Source: Candidatus Poribacteria bacterium
Lineage (GTDB): Bacteria; Poribacteria; WGA-4E; WGA-3G
Direction of reading: 5' to 3'
Assembly: GCA_964291315.2 (NCBI GenBank)
Contig: OZ219753.1
Coordinates: 1,536,001-1,600,000 of the forward strand
Length of the DNA stretch: 64,000 nucleotides
In this document: piece after piece, positions 51,330 to 61,900 of the stretch
How the letters are laid out: the number at the start of each line of letters is the position of its first letter
Numbering within the stretch: the first letter of the stretch is position 1
The notes under the pieces: generated by a model
Databases searched by the model: none
What the model was told of the DNA's origin: nothing
The model's input: only the letters and a program-made list of their open reading frames with translations
Made by a program: the position numbers and the translations under genes

Positions 51330-52937
51330 ATGCTGAAACCCGATACTAGACTTACCTCTATTCTTATCTCTGTTACGTTTGTTATTGCCGTATCAGTGCC
51401 GGCGTTTTCGGTCGATTCTAGTACACACTGGTTGCTTGTGGATGCGACTGCAGAAACACAAGCACACACTCCCCTGAATTCGCTTACTGACCTTTTGACA
51501 ATGCGCGGAAAAGTCCCGAGCGAACAGATCCATCATCTTGAGGGTGACCTCGCTACAGCAGACGAGATTTATGTTCGACTCCAAGCGCTTGGGCAGCAGA
51601 TGCAAGCAGAGGAGACTCTAATTTTTCTATACCACGGGAAGGTAACAAAACCAAAGGGCATGAATGCTATGCATCTGTTAATACCGGGAAGTGCAGACGG
51701 AATTCAAGATGCCACATTTAATAAGTGGCTTAGAGAAAGGCAAAGCGAGCATACCACTGTTATTGTTGATGGCTATACCGACGATACGAATCTAAGTGCT
51801 TACTACGCGAATCGAGAAGTACTCGGGGCTGCTGCCTTGAACTCGATTCAACCAGCCGGAAGCGCTGATGCTACAAAGCTTCTTCAGGCACTTTACGATG
51901 CACTCGCTGCAGACACAACCGATACGGATGATAACAGACAGCTCAGTATTATTGAGGTATACGAACTTTTGCGAATGAATTCAGATTTTACGAATGGCAT
52001 TCTTGCACCAACAGGCGACGTTGAGGCAGCGCTCCTCAAACTCAGCCCCGCACTTAAGATTGAAACACTGCCCGAAGGTGCACAAATTTCTATCAACGAT
52101 GTAGAAGTTGGAACTACACCAAAACTCGTCACAGAGAACCTGCAGCCCGGTACTTCCACAATATCGGTTAAAAAAGCAGGATATCACATGCCGCTGCCTA
52201 AAACTGCTGAATTGCAGCTAGTCCTCGGTGAGTCGGTCCATGTAGGCTGGGTACTTCAGCCTATCACCGTTCACGGCAGCGTCGAAGGCGTTTTAGGTGA
52301 ATCGGTCGAAGACACAATTGTTTGGATTGGTGGAACAAAGCATCAGCAGATTCTAAAGGCAGATGGGGGATTTCGATTCGAGAAACTGACAGTCGGGGAA
52401 ACTTACACGCTTCATGCAAAGCAGGGAGATCTGAACTATGCAGCTGTGACGTTTACATTTGATGGCTATACCAATATAGAGCAGTCTATTCAACTTGTAA
52501 AACGGACATGGTTCGAGATCTCACAAATTGCGTTTGACCAGAACGACCACCAAGGCGCGATCATCGCTTTCCAGAACGGGATTGAGCAAACCGTAGATTT
52601 CCCGAAGCTGTCTCCTGAGTTAACAGTTCTGCTACTCACCTCTTTCGCCGATGCGCTTGACAGGCAAGACGTTCAGGATATTAACTCTCTAGTTGTTACG
52701 GCGAAACTAGCCGAACAGCATGGACAGCCAGACCTGGCAATAAGATATTGGCAAGAGGTCAAAACAAAAGCACAAAAGGGCACTCCTGCTTTGAAACTCG
52801 CGACTCAGCGCCTCTGGCAACTCAATCGCAGTCGCTATCTCTTCAACATCGGTCTCATTGCCGGATTGGTAATTCTGATTGTATCTGGGGCGTGGACGTT
52901 TTATAGATTTCGAAGATCAAAACGAGCGGCTTCCTAG
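51330..52937 (+). CDS. Secreted, C-terminally anchored PEGA-domain protein with a degenerate caspase-like N-terminal domain
   Basis: Signal peptide; LIFLYHG..VIVDG; DTDDNRQLSIIE; PEGA (LKIETLPEGAQISINDVEVGTTP...KKAGY); helical region; C-terminal TM with a basic tail. Confidence 0.65.
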   Translation: MLKPDTRLTSILISVTFVIAVSVPAFSVDSSTHWLLVDATAETQAHTPLNSLTDLLTMRGKVPSEQIHHLEGDLATADEIYVRLQALGQQMQAEETLIFLYHGKVTKPKGMNAMHLLIPGSADGIQDATFNKWLRERQSEHTTVIVDGYTDDTNLSAYYANREVLGAAALNSIQPAGSADATKLLQALYDALAADTTDTDDNRQLSIIEVYELLRMNSDFTNGILAPTGDVEAALLKLSPALKIETLPEGAQISINDVEVGTTPKLVTENLQPGTSTISVKKAGYHMPLPKTAELQLVLGESVHVGWVLQPITVHGSVEGVLGESVEDTIVWIGGTKHQQILKADGGFRFEKLTVGETYTLHAKQGDLNYAAVTFTFDGYTNIEQSIQLVKRTWFEISQIAFDQNDHQGAIIAFQNGIEQTVDFPKLSPELTVLLLTSFADALDRQDVQDINSLVVTAKLAEQHGQPDLAIRYWQEVKTKAQKGTPALKLATQRLWQLNRSRYLFNIGLIAGLVILIVSGAWTFYRFRRSKRAAS

Positions 52938-52942
52938 AAATG

Positions 52943-52965
52943 GAGGGGCAGACTTGCCCCTTCTT
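52943..52965 (+). terminator. Terminator-like hairpin
   Basis: GAGGGGCA/TGCCCCTTC directly after the stop codon, between convergent genes. Confidence 0.55.
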
Positions 52966-52996
52966 GTCCGTACCCATCTATTTGTAGCTACCTAAC

Positions 52997-53890
52997 TTAG
53001 TGACGGTATGTCTCATCAATCAGATTGTTTGCAGCCCGGACAGGGCGGAAGAGCGTCTGCCGTTTCGCCGGCATTTCCGCTAAGAGTTTCGGATGCGGAT
53101 CCCAGTCATGCCATTTGCTGTTCACCGTGTTGTAACAACTAAAGATAGCTAGCCGATCGTTACGGGCATTCGTCCATTGATCGGTACTATGTGTCAGTGC
53201 CTCTGTGAAAAACAGCAGTGAGCCGGCAGGACACTCATACGTATCCCATATCGATGAATCTGGACTCTGGATTGTGTCGGGGGCTGTATAGACCGCCTTA
53301 TGGCTTGCTGTAATAAATAGCGTGCCGCCCTGCCTGTATTTGACAGGATTGAGTTCCCAAACCACGCGGGTTAATCCACTGTGTGCTTTGCCTGGAATGC
53401 ACCGATAGAGATGGGAATCCCCGGGGAAACGAAGCATCCCGTTTCCGTTGTGGGGCCCAAAATTGCCATCACCAACAGTGCGATAAAATAGGTTACACGA
53501 TTCCATCCTGAATCCATAGCACTTCTGATTGGATAGGGCAGGGTGAGCGACGAACTCGTTGAGAAAACCGACAACGTTTGGATGATCCGCTAAACGCTGC
53601 AAGGGGCCACCAAGCGGAGAACGCTCGTGTTCTGGGATCGATTCTGGATCATGACGGAGCCGATAGGCGAATTCCTGCATCTGCACCAGCTCGTCGCCGG
53701 AGAGCACACCAGGAACTAAGAGCCAACCGCGCATATCGAACAGATACTTCTGCTCTTGCGCCAGGGCAACGACCGCTGTGCCGTCAGAAGTTGTCGTCGT
53801 GAGTTGGGCCTGTGCTTTTTCCAAGTCAAGTGCTGATCCAAGGTTTTTATCGACAATGAAAGGTTTGCTGTGATTTATGACGTTTGCCAT
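52997..53890 (-). CDS. PhyH-like Fe(II)/2-oxoglutarate oxygenase with an HxG motif
   Basis: QKYLFDMRGWLLVPGVL, PHNG, GGTLFITASHK, CPAGS..FTEALTH and ..R motifs; start set at ATG 53890 with a GAGG RBS. Confidence 0.8.
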   Translation of the reverse strand: MANVINHSKPFIVDKNLGSALDLEKAQAQLTTTTSDGTAVVALAQEQKYLFDMRGWLLVPGVLSGDELVQMQEFAYRLRHDPESIPEHERSPLGGPLQRLADHPNVVGFLNEFVAHPALSNQKCYGFRMESCNLFYRTVGDGNFGPHNGNGMLRFPGDSHLYRCIPGKAHSGLTRVVWELNPVKYRQGGTLFITASHKAVYTAPDTIQSPDSSIWDTYECPAGSLLFFTEALTHSTDQWTNARNDRLAIFSCYNTVNSKWHDWDPHPKLLAEMPAKRQTLFRPVRAANNLIDETYRH

Positions 53891-53927
53891 CAGAAAAATC
53901 CTCTTGATTCGTTGATTATTTGACTTT

Positions 53928-55133
53928 CTATGCAGCTTTAGCGCGTTTGAAGGCATCTTCAGAAACTGTAAGCGTTCTTGCAATGTCTTCATCGGTGTGC
54001 GACATTGACATGAACCAGATATGCTCTTCCGGTAGGTAGAGACCACCATCTAGGGTCGTTTCATAGAAGGTCTTACGGAAACGTTGTTGCCGGTCATCGC
54101 TGCCGTCGGCGTTCACTCCGAAGTATGGCATCGGACCGATCCCTCCAATCCGGGCGTTCTCAATACCTAGCCTCGCCACCATTTCTGTATAGCTGTCCAA
54201 TAGTTTCTGCCCCTGTTTCCACATAAACGCAACCCCATTTTTCGCTTCTAGCTCTTCTATCGTGGCGATTGCGGCTGCGACGAGCGAAACCTCTCCGTGA
54301 AAGGTTGCTGCTACCCAGACATCACTAACTTCATCCATAATTTCTTTCTGACCGACAACGACGGCAGTCGCGAAACCGTTAGCGAGCGCCTTTCCAAAGA
54401 CAGACATGTCAGGCGTGACCCCGAAGTATTCTTGTGCACCACCCAAAGCGTACCGGAAACCAGTCTTGACCTCATCGAAAATCATCAGGGCCCCGTTAGC
54501 ATTAACAAGCTTTTTTGCCTCTTCTAGATAGTTATCTTTCGGGAGATCATGCCCAGAAGGCTCCATAATCAGGCAGGCAATCTCGCCACGGTGTGCTTTA
54601 AACAGATCGGCAAGTCCTTCGAGGTCATTGAAATTGACATTGAGTGTAGAAGCAGCAGTGCTCGGTAAATGGCCGCTGGTGTGGTTACACCAATCGTGCC
54701 ATCCGTGATAGCCTGACCGGATCACTTTTGTTCTATGGGTATAGGCCCGCGCGAACTTAATCGCGCCTGTTGTTGCATCGGATCCACCTACAAAGTAAGC
54801 AACCCTATCGGCTGAAGGGATAATCTGAACCAACTTTTCAGCGAGTTCCACCTCGAGTGTATGCCCGAAATTGTAAACGTTCCCGCGTTCAACAATGTAT
54901 TTTGTGACTTTCTCAATCACCGTGGGATAGGCGTGTCCAAGGATCATAGGTCCATATCCCATTAAATAATCGATATAGTCGTTTCCGTCGGCATCCCAGA
55001 AATGTGCACCTTTCGCACCAGCAATCATAATGGGGTGCGGCGGTTGGCTCCGTTTGTGCGGTTGCCCGCCACCCACCAAGGTAGCTTTTGCACGCTTCTG
55101 CCACGCCAATGATTTTTCAAAACTTCGTCCCAT
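53928..55133 (-). CDS. Class III PLP aminotransferase (glutamate-1-semialdehyde aminomutase-like)
   Basis: WDADGNDYIDY, GYHGWHDW, IFDEVKTGFR and FGKALANG motifs. Confidence 0.88.
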   Translation of the reverse strand: MGRSFEKSLAWQKRAKATLVGGGQPHKRSQPPHPIMIAGAKGAHFWDADGNDYIDYLMGYGPMILGHAYPTVIEKVTKYIVERGNVYNFGHTLEVELAEKLVQIIPSADRVAYFVGGSDATTGAIKFARAYTHRTKVIRSGYHGWHDWCNHTSGHLPSTAASTLNVNFNDLEGLADLFKAHRGEIACLIMEPSGHDLPKDNYLEEAKKLVNANGALMIFDEVKTGFRYALGGAQEYFGVTPDMSVFGKALANGFATAVVVGQKEIMDEVSDVWVAATFHGEVSLVAAAIATIEELEAKNGVAFMWKQGQKLLDSYTEMVARLGIENARIGGIGPMPYFGVNADGSDDRQQRFRKTFYETTLDGGLYLPEEHIWFMSMSHTDEDIARTLTVSEDAFKRAKAA

Positions 55134-55372
55134 TCTGAAACCTCCAAGTTCGTACTACGGCCATAAGCATTGCCTCCAACTTTTTGACTATTTTACCACA
55201 ACTTCGGATTTGATAGAAAGAATTTCTCGCTTTTCCCGCCGACACCTAACGGAGTTGGATTCCAAAACCGGCTACCCCCTTGAAAATTCTACAATTTTGT
55301 GAAATAATTGGAATAATCAGACGCTTGTAAATAGACAAAAAAGCAAGTCTCAAAAAGAGGAAGGAACAAAGA

Positions 55373-56746
55373 ATGGCAGCACACCTTTTAACAGACGCGC
55401 AGATGCGAGATTTTATTGTGAAGGGGTACCTCACCGTCACAACTGACTTGCCTGCACAATTTCACCATATGATCTATGAAAAGACAACGGCTGTCTTTGA
55501 TAAAGAAGGCAATCCCGGTAATAACCTCGTGCCGCGGATACCCGAAATTCAGAGCGTTCTCGGCGATCCAAACGTTAAAGGAGCCTTGACAAGCTTACTA
55601 GGCGCGGATTATTACATGCAACCGCACCGGCATGCACACTATAATCCGCCGGGTAGCAAGGGGCAGAGGATGCACCAAGATGGTGGAAAACGCTGGTCCC
55701 ATCATACACGCCGGTTGCTGGTCTTCTATTATCCGCAAGATACGCCGCTTGAACTCGGTCCTACAGGCGTCGTTCCCATGAGCCACTACTATAGTACCCG
55801 GGAAGGGGCACAGGTATCCCCTGAACACCCTATCGTTGGCAAAGCCGGAACTGTTGCCTTTGCGAACTACGACCTCTGGCACCGTGCCATGCCTAACAGT
55901 AGCGGGAAAAGACGTTACATGATGAAATTTCTCTATACCCGGATGTCGGAACCCCGGGAACCTACTTGGGCAAATAACGCAACAGACTGGGCAAATGGGT
56001 CTCCTATAGGACCTGCAGAACATCAAGGAATGTTCAGACACCTCTGGAATTGGCATCGCGGCGTTGAAAATAATAGCACCTCCAGAATATCAAACGGCGA
56101 ATCGATCTCCAGTTTAATCAGCTCTCTTAACAGTACATCGGAGTCGGTCGGGCTGCAAGCAGCTTATGAATTACCTCGATGTGGTGAGACGGCAGTGTTT
56201 GCTCTGGTGAAGTGTTTGCAAGATGAATCCGAGATGACGCGCCGAAACGCATGTTACGCTCTCAACGCAGTAGGAACCCCAGTCGTTGAACACCTGCATG
56301 AGGCGTTGAAAGATTCCAAGGAATACGTTCGGGATAGCGCAGTAGAAGCACTAGGCGACTTAGGCAACAAGGCAGAACCTGCTGTGCCAGCATTGCTCAA
56401 GACGCTTGAGGACCCTTCGCGTTCTGTCCGTTTGCATGCTATAGAGGCATTAGGTACAACGAGTCAGTCAAGCTCAATCGCTGTTTCTAAGATTGTGGAA
56501 GCATTAAAGGATGAAAACGAGGGCATCCGCCGAAATGCAGCTTTCGCCTTGGCGCGGATCGGTAAAGATGCCCCCGGCGCGGTTGAAGGATTGCAAAATG
56601 TGTTGTTCGATGTGAATCGTTACGTGCGGGCGGACGCTGTGCATGCCCTCTACCGTATCGGAACACCGGCAGCGACAGCGACCCTCCTGCATTATCTTGA
56701 AACAACGCGCTGGTGTCCTTTAACCTCAAAAGAGAGCACGTTTTAA
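55373..56746 (+). CDS. PhyH-family dioxygenase fused to C-terminal HEAT repeats
   Basis: HQD, GPTGVVP.SH, LWHRA..N..R motifs; about six L.D....VR..A..ALG repeats. Confidence 0.85.
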   Translation: MAAHLLTDAQMRDFIVKGYLTVTTDLPAQFHHMIYEKTTAVFDKEGNPGNNLVPRIPEIQSVLGDPNVKGALTSLLGADYYMQPHRHAHYNPPGSKGQRMHQDGGKRWSHHTRRLLVFYYPQDTPLELGPTGVVPMSHYYSTREGAQVSPEHPIVGKAGTVAFANYDLWHRAMPNSSGKRRYMMKFLYTRMSEPREPTWANNATDWANGSPIGPAEHQGMFRHLWNWHRGVENNSTSRISNGESISSLISSLNSTSESVGLQAAYELPRCGETAVFALVKCLQDESEMTRRNACYALNAVGTPVVEHLHEALKDSKEYVRDSAVEALGDLGNKAEPAVPALLKTLEDPSRSVRLHAIEALGTTSQSSSIAVSKIVEALKDENEGIRRNAAFALARIGKDAPGAVEGLQNVLFDVNRYVRADAVHALYRIGTPAATATLLHYLETTRWCPLTSKESTF

Positions 56747-56797
56747 GCAGGATTAGGACACGGTTTAGTGATTTTACATAGATGTAATGAACGCGGT

Positions 56798-57514
56798 CTA
56801 AGTGAAAAATTCTTCGTTATATGGACGAACATCCACTTCAAAGGTCCAGGCACTCCGTTCCTGTTGTATCAGAGCCCAATAGGTATCCGCAATTGCCTCA
56901 GGTTCAAGGAGTGGTTCGTTTTCTCTAAGTTTATAACGCTGACGTACCCCGGGGGTATCAATGACACCGTCAATAATAACGTGTGCAACATGAATGCCCT
57001 GCGGTCCGAGCTCACGAGCAAGGGCAGATGCTAAGCCGCGCGTGGCATACTTCGCACTACTGAAAGCCGATGCTCCTGCTCTACCGCGGACAGCAGAAGT
57101 GGCACCCGTGAAGAGTATATTTCCGTCACCTTTCTGGAGCATCCCCGGTACAACCTGTTTTGAACAGAGAAAGCCGCCGAGCGTGCAAACGCGCCACGCG
57201 CCTTCGAACGCCTCCGGAGTGAGATCGGCAAAACTACCCCAAGCGGCGTTCCCCGCATGATTCACAAGGATATCCGGATCACCAAGCTCTTCTCGGATGC
57301 GCGCGAAACTTTCCGCGACCTGCTTAGCCTCGGCAATATCTGTGGAAATAGGTATAACCTTACGTCCAGATCCTGTCAATCTTGTGGAGAGGTTTTTTAT
57401 ATAGGCAGATGAGCGAGACAGGAGGGCTACGTCACACCCTTCCTGTACAAATTTACGGGCAAGAGCAGCCCCTAAGCCGGGACCCACACCCGCAATAACT
57501 GCTATTTTTTCCAT
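56798..57514 (-). CDS. Short-chain dehydrogenase/reductase
   Basis: GVGPGLG, NHAG, TGATS, F...K and GIHVAHVIIDG motifs. Confidence 0.9.
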   Translation of the reverse strand: MEKIAVIAGVGPGLGAALARKFVQEGCDVALLSRSSAYIKNLSTRLTGSGRKVIPISTDIAEAKQVAESFARIREELGDPDILVNHAGNAAWGSFADLTPEAFEGAWRVCTLGGFLCSKQVVPGMLQKGDGNILFTGATSAVRGRAGASAFSSAKYATRGLASALARELGPQGIHVAHVIIDGVIDTPGVRQRYKLRENEPLLEPEAIADTYWALIQQERSAWTFEVDVRPYNEEFFT

Positions 57515-57786
57515 ATTGATTCCTTCTTATCGCAAATTGTCAAAATACGCGAAATATGTAGAAACACCTTGGGGAACTCTGGGCGTACCCTCACTATGAG
57601 TAAATGAGGTTTTCAGCCACACCGGCCCTCTGTTCACTGTATTCTATAATCTATCGTTTTAAGAGCAAAAAGCTAAATTAACTTTCCACAGATTATTTCG
57701 TCAGGAATACACGCCGCATTTCCAATTTAGTCAAATAGAAAAGAGAAAGGTTCGCTCTTTATCTCTCTATTTGGTTAAGGATAATT

Positions 57787-58800
57787 TTACAAGTTTGGCA
57801 TATCGACTGCACTATTTCTGCGTTTGTGCATATTCTTTTCCATCGCTTCAGGGTATCGATCTGGCAGATGCGAGACTTCGTTGAGTTTTTCGAGCACGTT
57901 GCCTTCAAGTCGCCACCCTGCTGCACCGAGATTGTCCCGCAAATGTCTTGTGTGCCTTGCGCCGACAATCACTGAAGTCATTGTACGCTGTTCGAGTATC
58001 CACCGTAGCGCGACTTGTGCAGGGCTACGTCCAAGTTCATCAGAAACTTGGAGAAGGGTTTGCAATGTTTCATCTGCATTTTCTGCAAAATACGGTTGTG
58101 GGTATGCCCAACCTTCAGCGGATCGGGTGCCGTCTTGTGTCCGTTCTCCGGGTCTGTATTTACCAGATAGGAATCCGCCCGCCAATGGGCTCCATACGAC
58201 AACACCTAATCCTTTGAGTTCACAGAGCGGAACGAGCTCTTGCTCTATATCCCGTACAACGAGGCTGTATTGCGGTTGATAACAAGAGAAACGGGTCCAT
58301 CCGTGGATATCGCTAATCCATAACGCTTCGCAGAGTCGCCACGCTTGATAGTTACTGCAGGCCGTATAGCGGACTTTCCCTTGCTGAACAAGATTATCGA
58401 GTGCCTGGAGCATCTCTTCTAATGGGGTCTGCGAATCAACGTGGTGAATATAGTAGATGTCTACGTAATCCATCTGTAGACGTTTGAGACTGTCGTCAAT
58501 CGCCTGCATGATATGGACGCGAGACATGCCAGAGTCGTTGGGTCCGGTGCCCATGGGGTTGAAGAATTTGGTTGCGACTATTGCATCACGCCGTCTACCT
58601 TTGAGTGCTTTACCGAGCAAAATTTCAGATTCTCCATCACCGTAGGAATTGGCAGTATCAAAAAAGTTCACACCTGCATCACAGGCGAGATGTACCATCC
58701 GGTTCGATTCAGCTTCATCGGCGCCGTGCCCAAAAGTCATTGTGCCTAAACAGATTTCAGATACTTTGACTCCACTTTTCCCCAACCTTCTATATTCCAC
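57787..58800 (-). CDS. Aldo/keto reductase
   Basis: LGTMTFG, FDTANSY, SLKRLQMDYVDIYYIH and WSPLAGG motifs. Confidence 0.93.
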   Translation of the reverse strand: MEYRRLGKSGVKVSEICLGTMTFGHGADEAESNRMVHLACDAGVNFFDTANSYGDGESEILLGKALKGRRRDAIVATKFFNPMGTGPNDSGMSRVHIMQAIDDSLKRLQMDYVDIYYIHHVDSQTPLEEMLQALDNLVQQGKVRYTACSNYQAWRLCEALWISDIHGWTRFSCYQPQYSLVVRDIEQELVPLCELKGLGVVVWSPLAGGFLSGKYRPGERTQDGTRSAEGWAYPQPYFAENADETLQTLLQVSDELGRSPAQVALRWILEQRTMTSVIVGARHTRHLRDNLGAAGWRLEGNVLEKLNEVSHLPDRYPEAMEKNMHKRRNSAVDMPNL

Positions 58801-58984
58801 GTTTTCCCTCCAATTTATAGACAGCTGTGAACAGATTCGGCTCTACGGAATGCATGTCCCATAAAGTTAAACATATCTTACAATCAAAATGCGTTTGAAT
58901 AATTATTTGGCTCCTTCCGGATAAAACGGGAACTTGCAGAACCTAACAGGTTATGCGACAAGGACTAAAAAGACATAGAGGAAA

Positions 58985-61900
58985 CTAAAAGCTTATGTTA
59001 CGAGTGTCGGAGAGGGACAGATCGGGCAACCTCTTAACAATCTCCACCGTCTTTAGACTGACACTGATAACGCGCGCCACTAAATCCACAATATACCGCG
59101 GCGCATCCGAACGATTTGGATCGTTGACCAACCCACTCCGACTGTGCGTCTTGACGCGATACTGATCTATCACCCACTCCAACGCCGAACGAGTGCCTAA
59201 CCGATATTCAAACGCCTCGGCAGGAATGCCCTCCAACGTCAAGAAGTCGTTATATTTCAACTGTGTTTTGTCTTTGGACAGCTTCATCTTCTCCACGCGC
59301 CAATCTACGGGGGTGTCGGGCGTTTCTCTGTATTTCAACGGGAACTTCTGTGCGGCTTCGTAGTTGACGTGGAGCTCTGCGAGTTGTGCCCCTGCGGTAG
59401 CGAACGCCCAGAAGTCTGTCGCGAACGGCATATGCGGCAGATCGCGCTTGAGGTTCGCCTCGTATCTCTCTCGGTAGTCTGGATGATGCAGGAGGCCATA
59501 GGTGTAGTGGAAGATGTCCCACTTGCTGATGGCATCGTCCTTGTAGTGAGAGCGGAACGTGAATAACGCCCAATCGGTGATATTTTCGCGGCGGTTCGAG
59601 CCGTCTTCATTGTAGCTGTAGAAAGGGAACGACTGATTCGCATCGACTATACCAAGGCACGGGATCGCAGCTACCATCAATGGGTGAAAAGGTTTCTTGC
59701 TGCCGATACCGTTGACACAGAGCACCCGATTTTCTGATTCCGTCTCCGGCGTAGGGAAGATAGATGGAAAGCCTGCTACCCTATGGTTCATCATTCGGTC
59801 AAAGTAGAGGTTGGATTTCGTAAAAGGTCGATAGAGACTGGAACGGATTTTCGCATCTGTAAATGCTGTGGTCTGACCGCTCTGTAGTTTCTGCTTTAAC
59901 GTCGAACTCCACTTGATTTTTGTATCGTCGTAGACCACAAAATTATCAACGTTCGCCTCCCTATTTGTTCGTTGTGTCCAGCGTGCCACCTCTGCGTTGT
60001 AATTTTCAATCATCCGACTTATATTTTCAGTGAGCGCGTCTCGGTTGAAATTGTAGACCCACGCATCACGAGCCGTCCCCACGCCGTTGCTATAGGTTTT
60101 GAAAATTACTTCTGTTGCAGCCCCCTTTTTTGCCTTCGCTGCCTTAGTCCCGATCGGAACAAAGGTCTCGAATTCAGGACGGAGCCGTTCCGTGAGCCAG
60201 GTATGGTGCCCATCAGGTGTTATTTGCCGCCATTCAACCTTTTGGTAATTCTGCTTGGAATCGAGGTAGTGATGTTTCTCTTCCTTTCGCCAAAATTTAT
60301 TAACACTTGCATAGAAGATTTCGGTGGGATTTGAATATGTCTTGACAGAATTTCTCTTGATGAGAAAATTGATACTCACTCCAACCTGAATGCCAAAAAC
60401 ATTATGAGTTGTTCCAGACAACTTCGGATTCTGGCGGACATCCCCGCCTAGATCCAAAACGTAAATCGCATTGAAATCCTGTGCCAAGTGTTTTCGCATG
60501 CCATCAAACGCAATGCCGTCGAGAAAACTATTGTTCGTCACAAGTGCCACGATGCCCTCCTCTCCAATTCGCTGTGATGCCCATAAAATTGCTTTCACAT
60601 ACGGATCCGAGAGCGCGTTTTTGTTCGAAGCTTTTGAATCTTGCGAATAGGTGTCCCGCAACAGCGCATCCATGAGCGGATACTTCCGGTTCTTGTTGTT
60701 GTCGTTTTCACTGACTTGCCGGGTGTTGTAAGGGGGATTGCCGATCACCACGAACATGTCCGCTGACTTCTGCCGCTTCACGCGCTCCGTGTTTTCGCGC
60801 GTGAAGAGCTGGCCCTGCTCCTGCTCAAGCAGCTCGAATGTATCCGCCAGCACGATACCCTCAAACGGCAGATACGCACCAGTCCGACGGAAGTATTCCT
60901 GCTCAATGTTTAGGCTGGCAATGTAATACGGCAACAGCATCACCTCGTTGCAGTGCAGCTCCCCACGGTATTTCGTCTCGAGTGTCGTGCCTTGAATGTC
61001 TTGCATCAGCCGCACGATGAAGTTGCCCGTGCCGACAAACGGGTCGATGATATGCACACCACTATCTGACAGCGAACGATCAAACTCGGCCTCTAATAGA
61101 TGCTGCACGCTATTGACCATGAAATCCACGATCGGCTGCGGCGTGTAGACAATGCCGTGTGTGTCGGCTGTATCTTCGGAGAACCCTTGAAAGAACTGCT
61201 CATAGAATGTATTGAGGAAGTGCTGTTTCTGTGAGAAGTCTTTGCAGAATAACGCCGCCTGTTCAATAGCACTGTAGAAACGATCTAAAGGCTCAAGAAA
61301 CACATCCCGGCTGAACGCTCTATGGATCAGTTTATCCACCACGTTTTCAATCTCGCGGGCGATGATGTTCCGGCGCGTGAAATCGGAGTTATTAAACACC
61401 GTGCGGAAGATGCGTTCGGTGAGGATATGTTGGATCAGCATCTCCTCGACTTCATCGTGTGAGAGCTCGGGGTTAATCGCCGTGCGACAGGTCTCATAAA
61501 AGCTGGCAAATGCCGCTTGGAACCCTGCGTCCCCGGTGTGCTGCTCCTCTATGAGCTGCTTCAACTTGCCAGCCAGGGCCGGCACATGTTCCTTGAAGTC
61601 GTTGACAGCCGACTGCCAATTTTCCAGTGCTGGCGGCACGTAAGCAAACAGAGCTTCCAGGGCAGCGATCAGAGAGACCGGGGCAGTAATGTCTACATCG
61701 AGCACCTCTGCTCCGTTCTGATACAAAATAGCACGCTGTGGGTTCTGGAACAGGATGTTGTCTAGCGGATACCCCGCCGCGCGTTTCTCCTCAACGGCTT
61801 TAGGGAGATCGTCATCAATATCTTTTGCCTCCCAGTAGGCGAGCGGCAGGCTGTATTCATCCAAGATAGCGCCGTCTATGATGATACGGTTTCCGTTGGG

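Noticed and set aside
53891-54049. Long N-terminal extension of the PhyH-like ORF
   Set aside because: It overlaps the aminotransferase 3' end; ATG 53890 has an RBS and gives a plausible start.
53928-55133. Calling the aminotransferase hemL
   Set aside because: It lacks typical HemL motifs such as GGVNSPVRA and SGTEA, and no tetrapyrrole genes are nearby.
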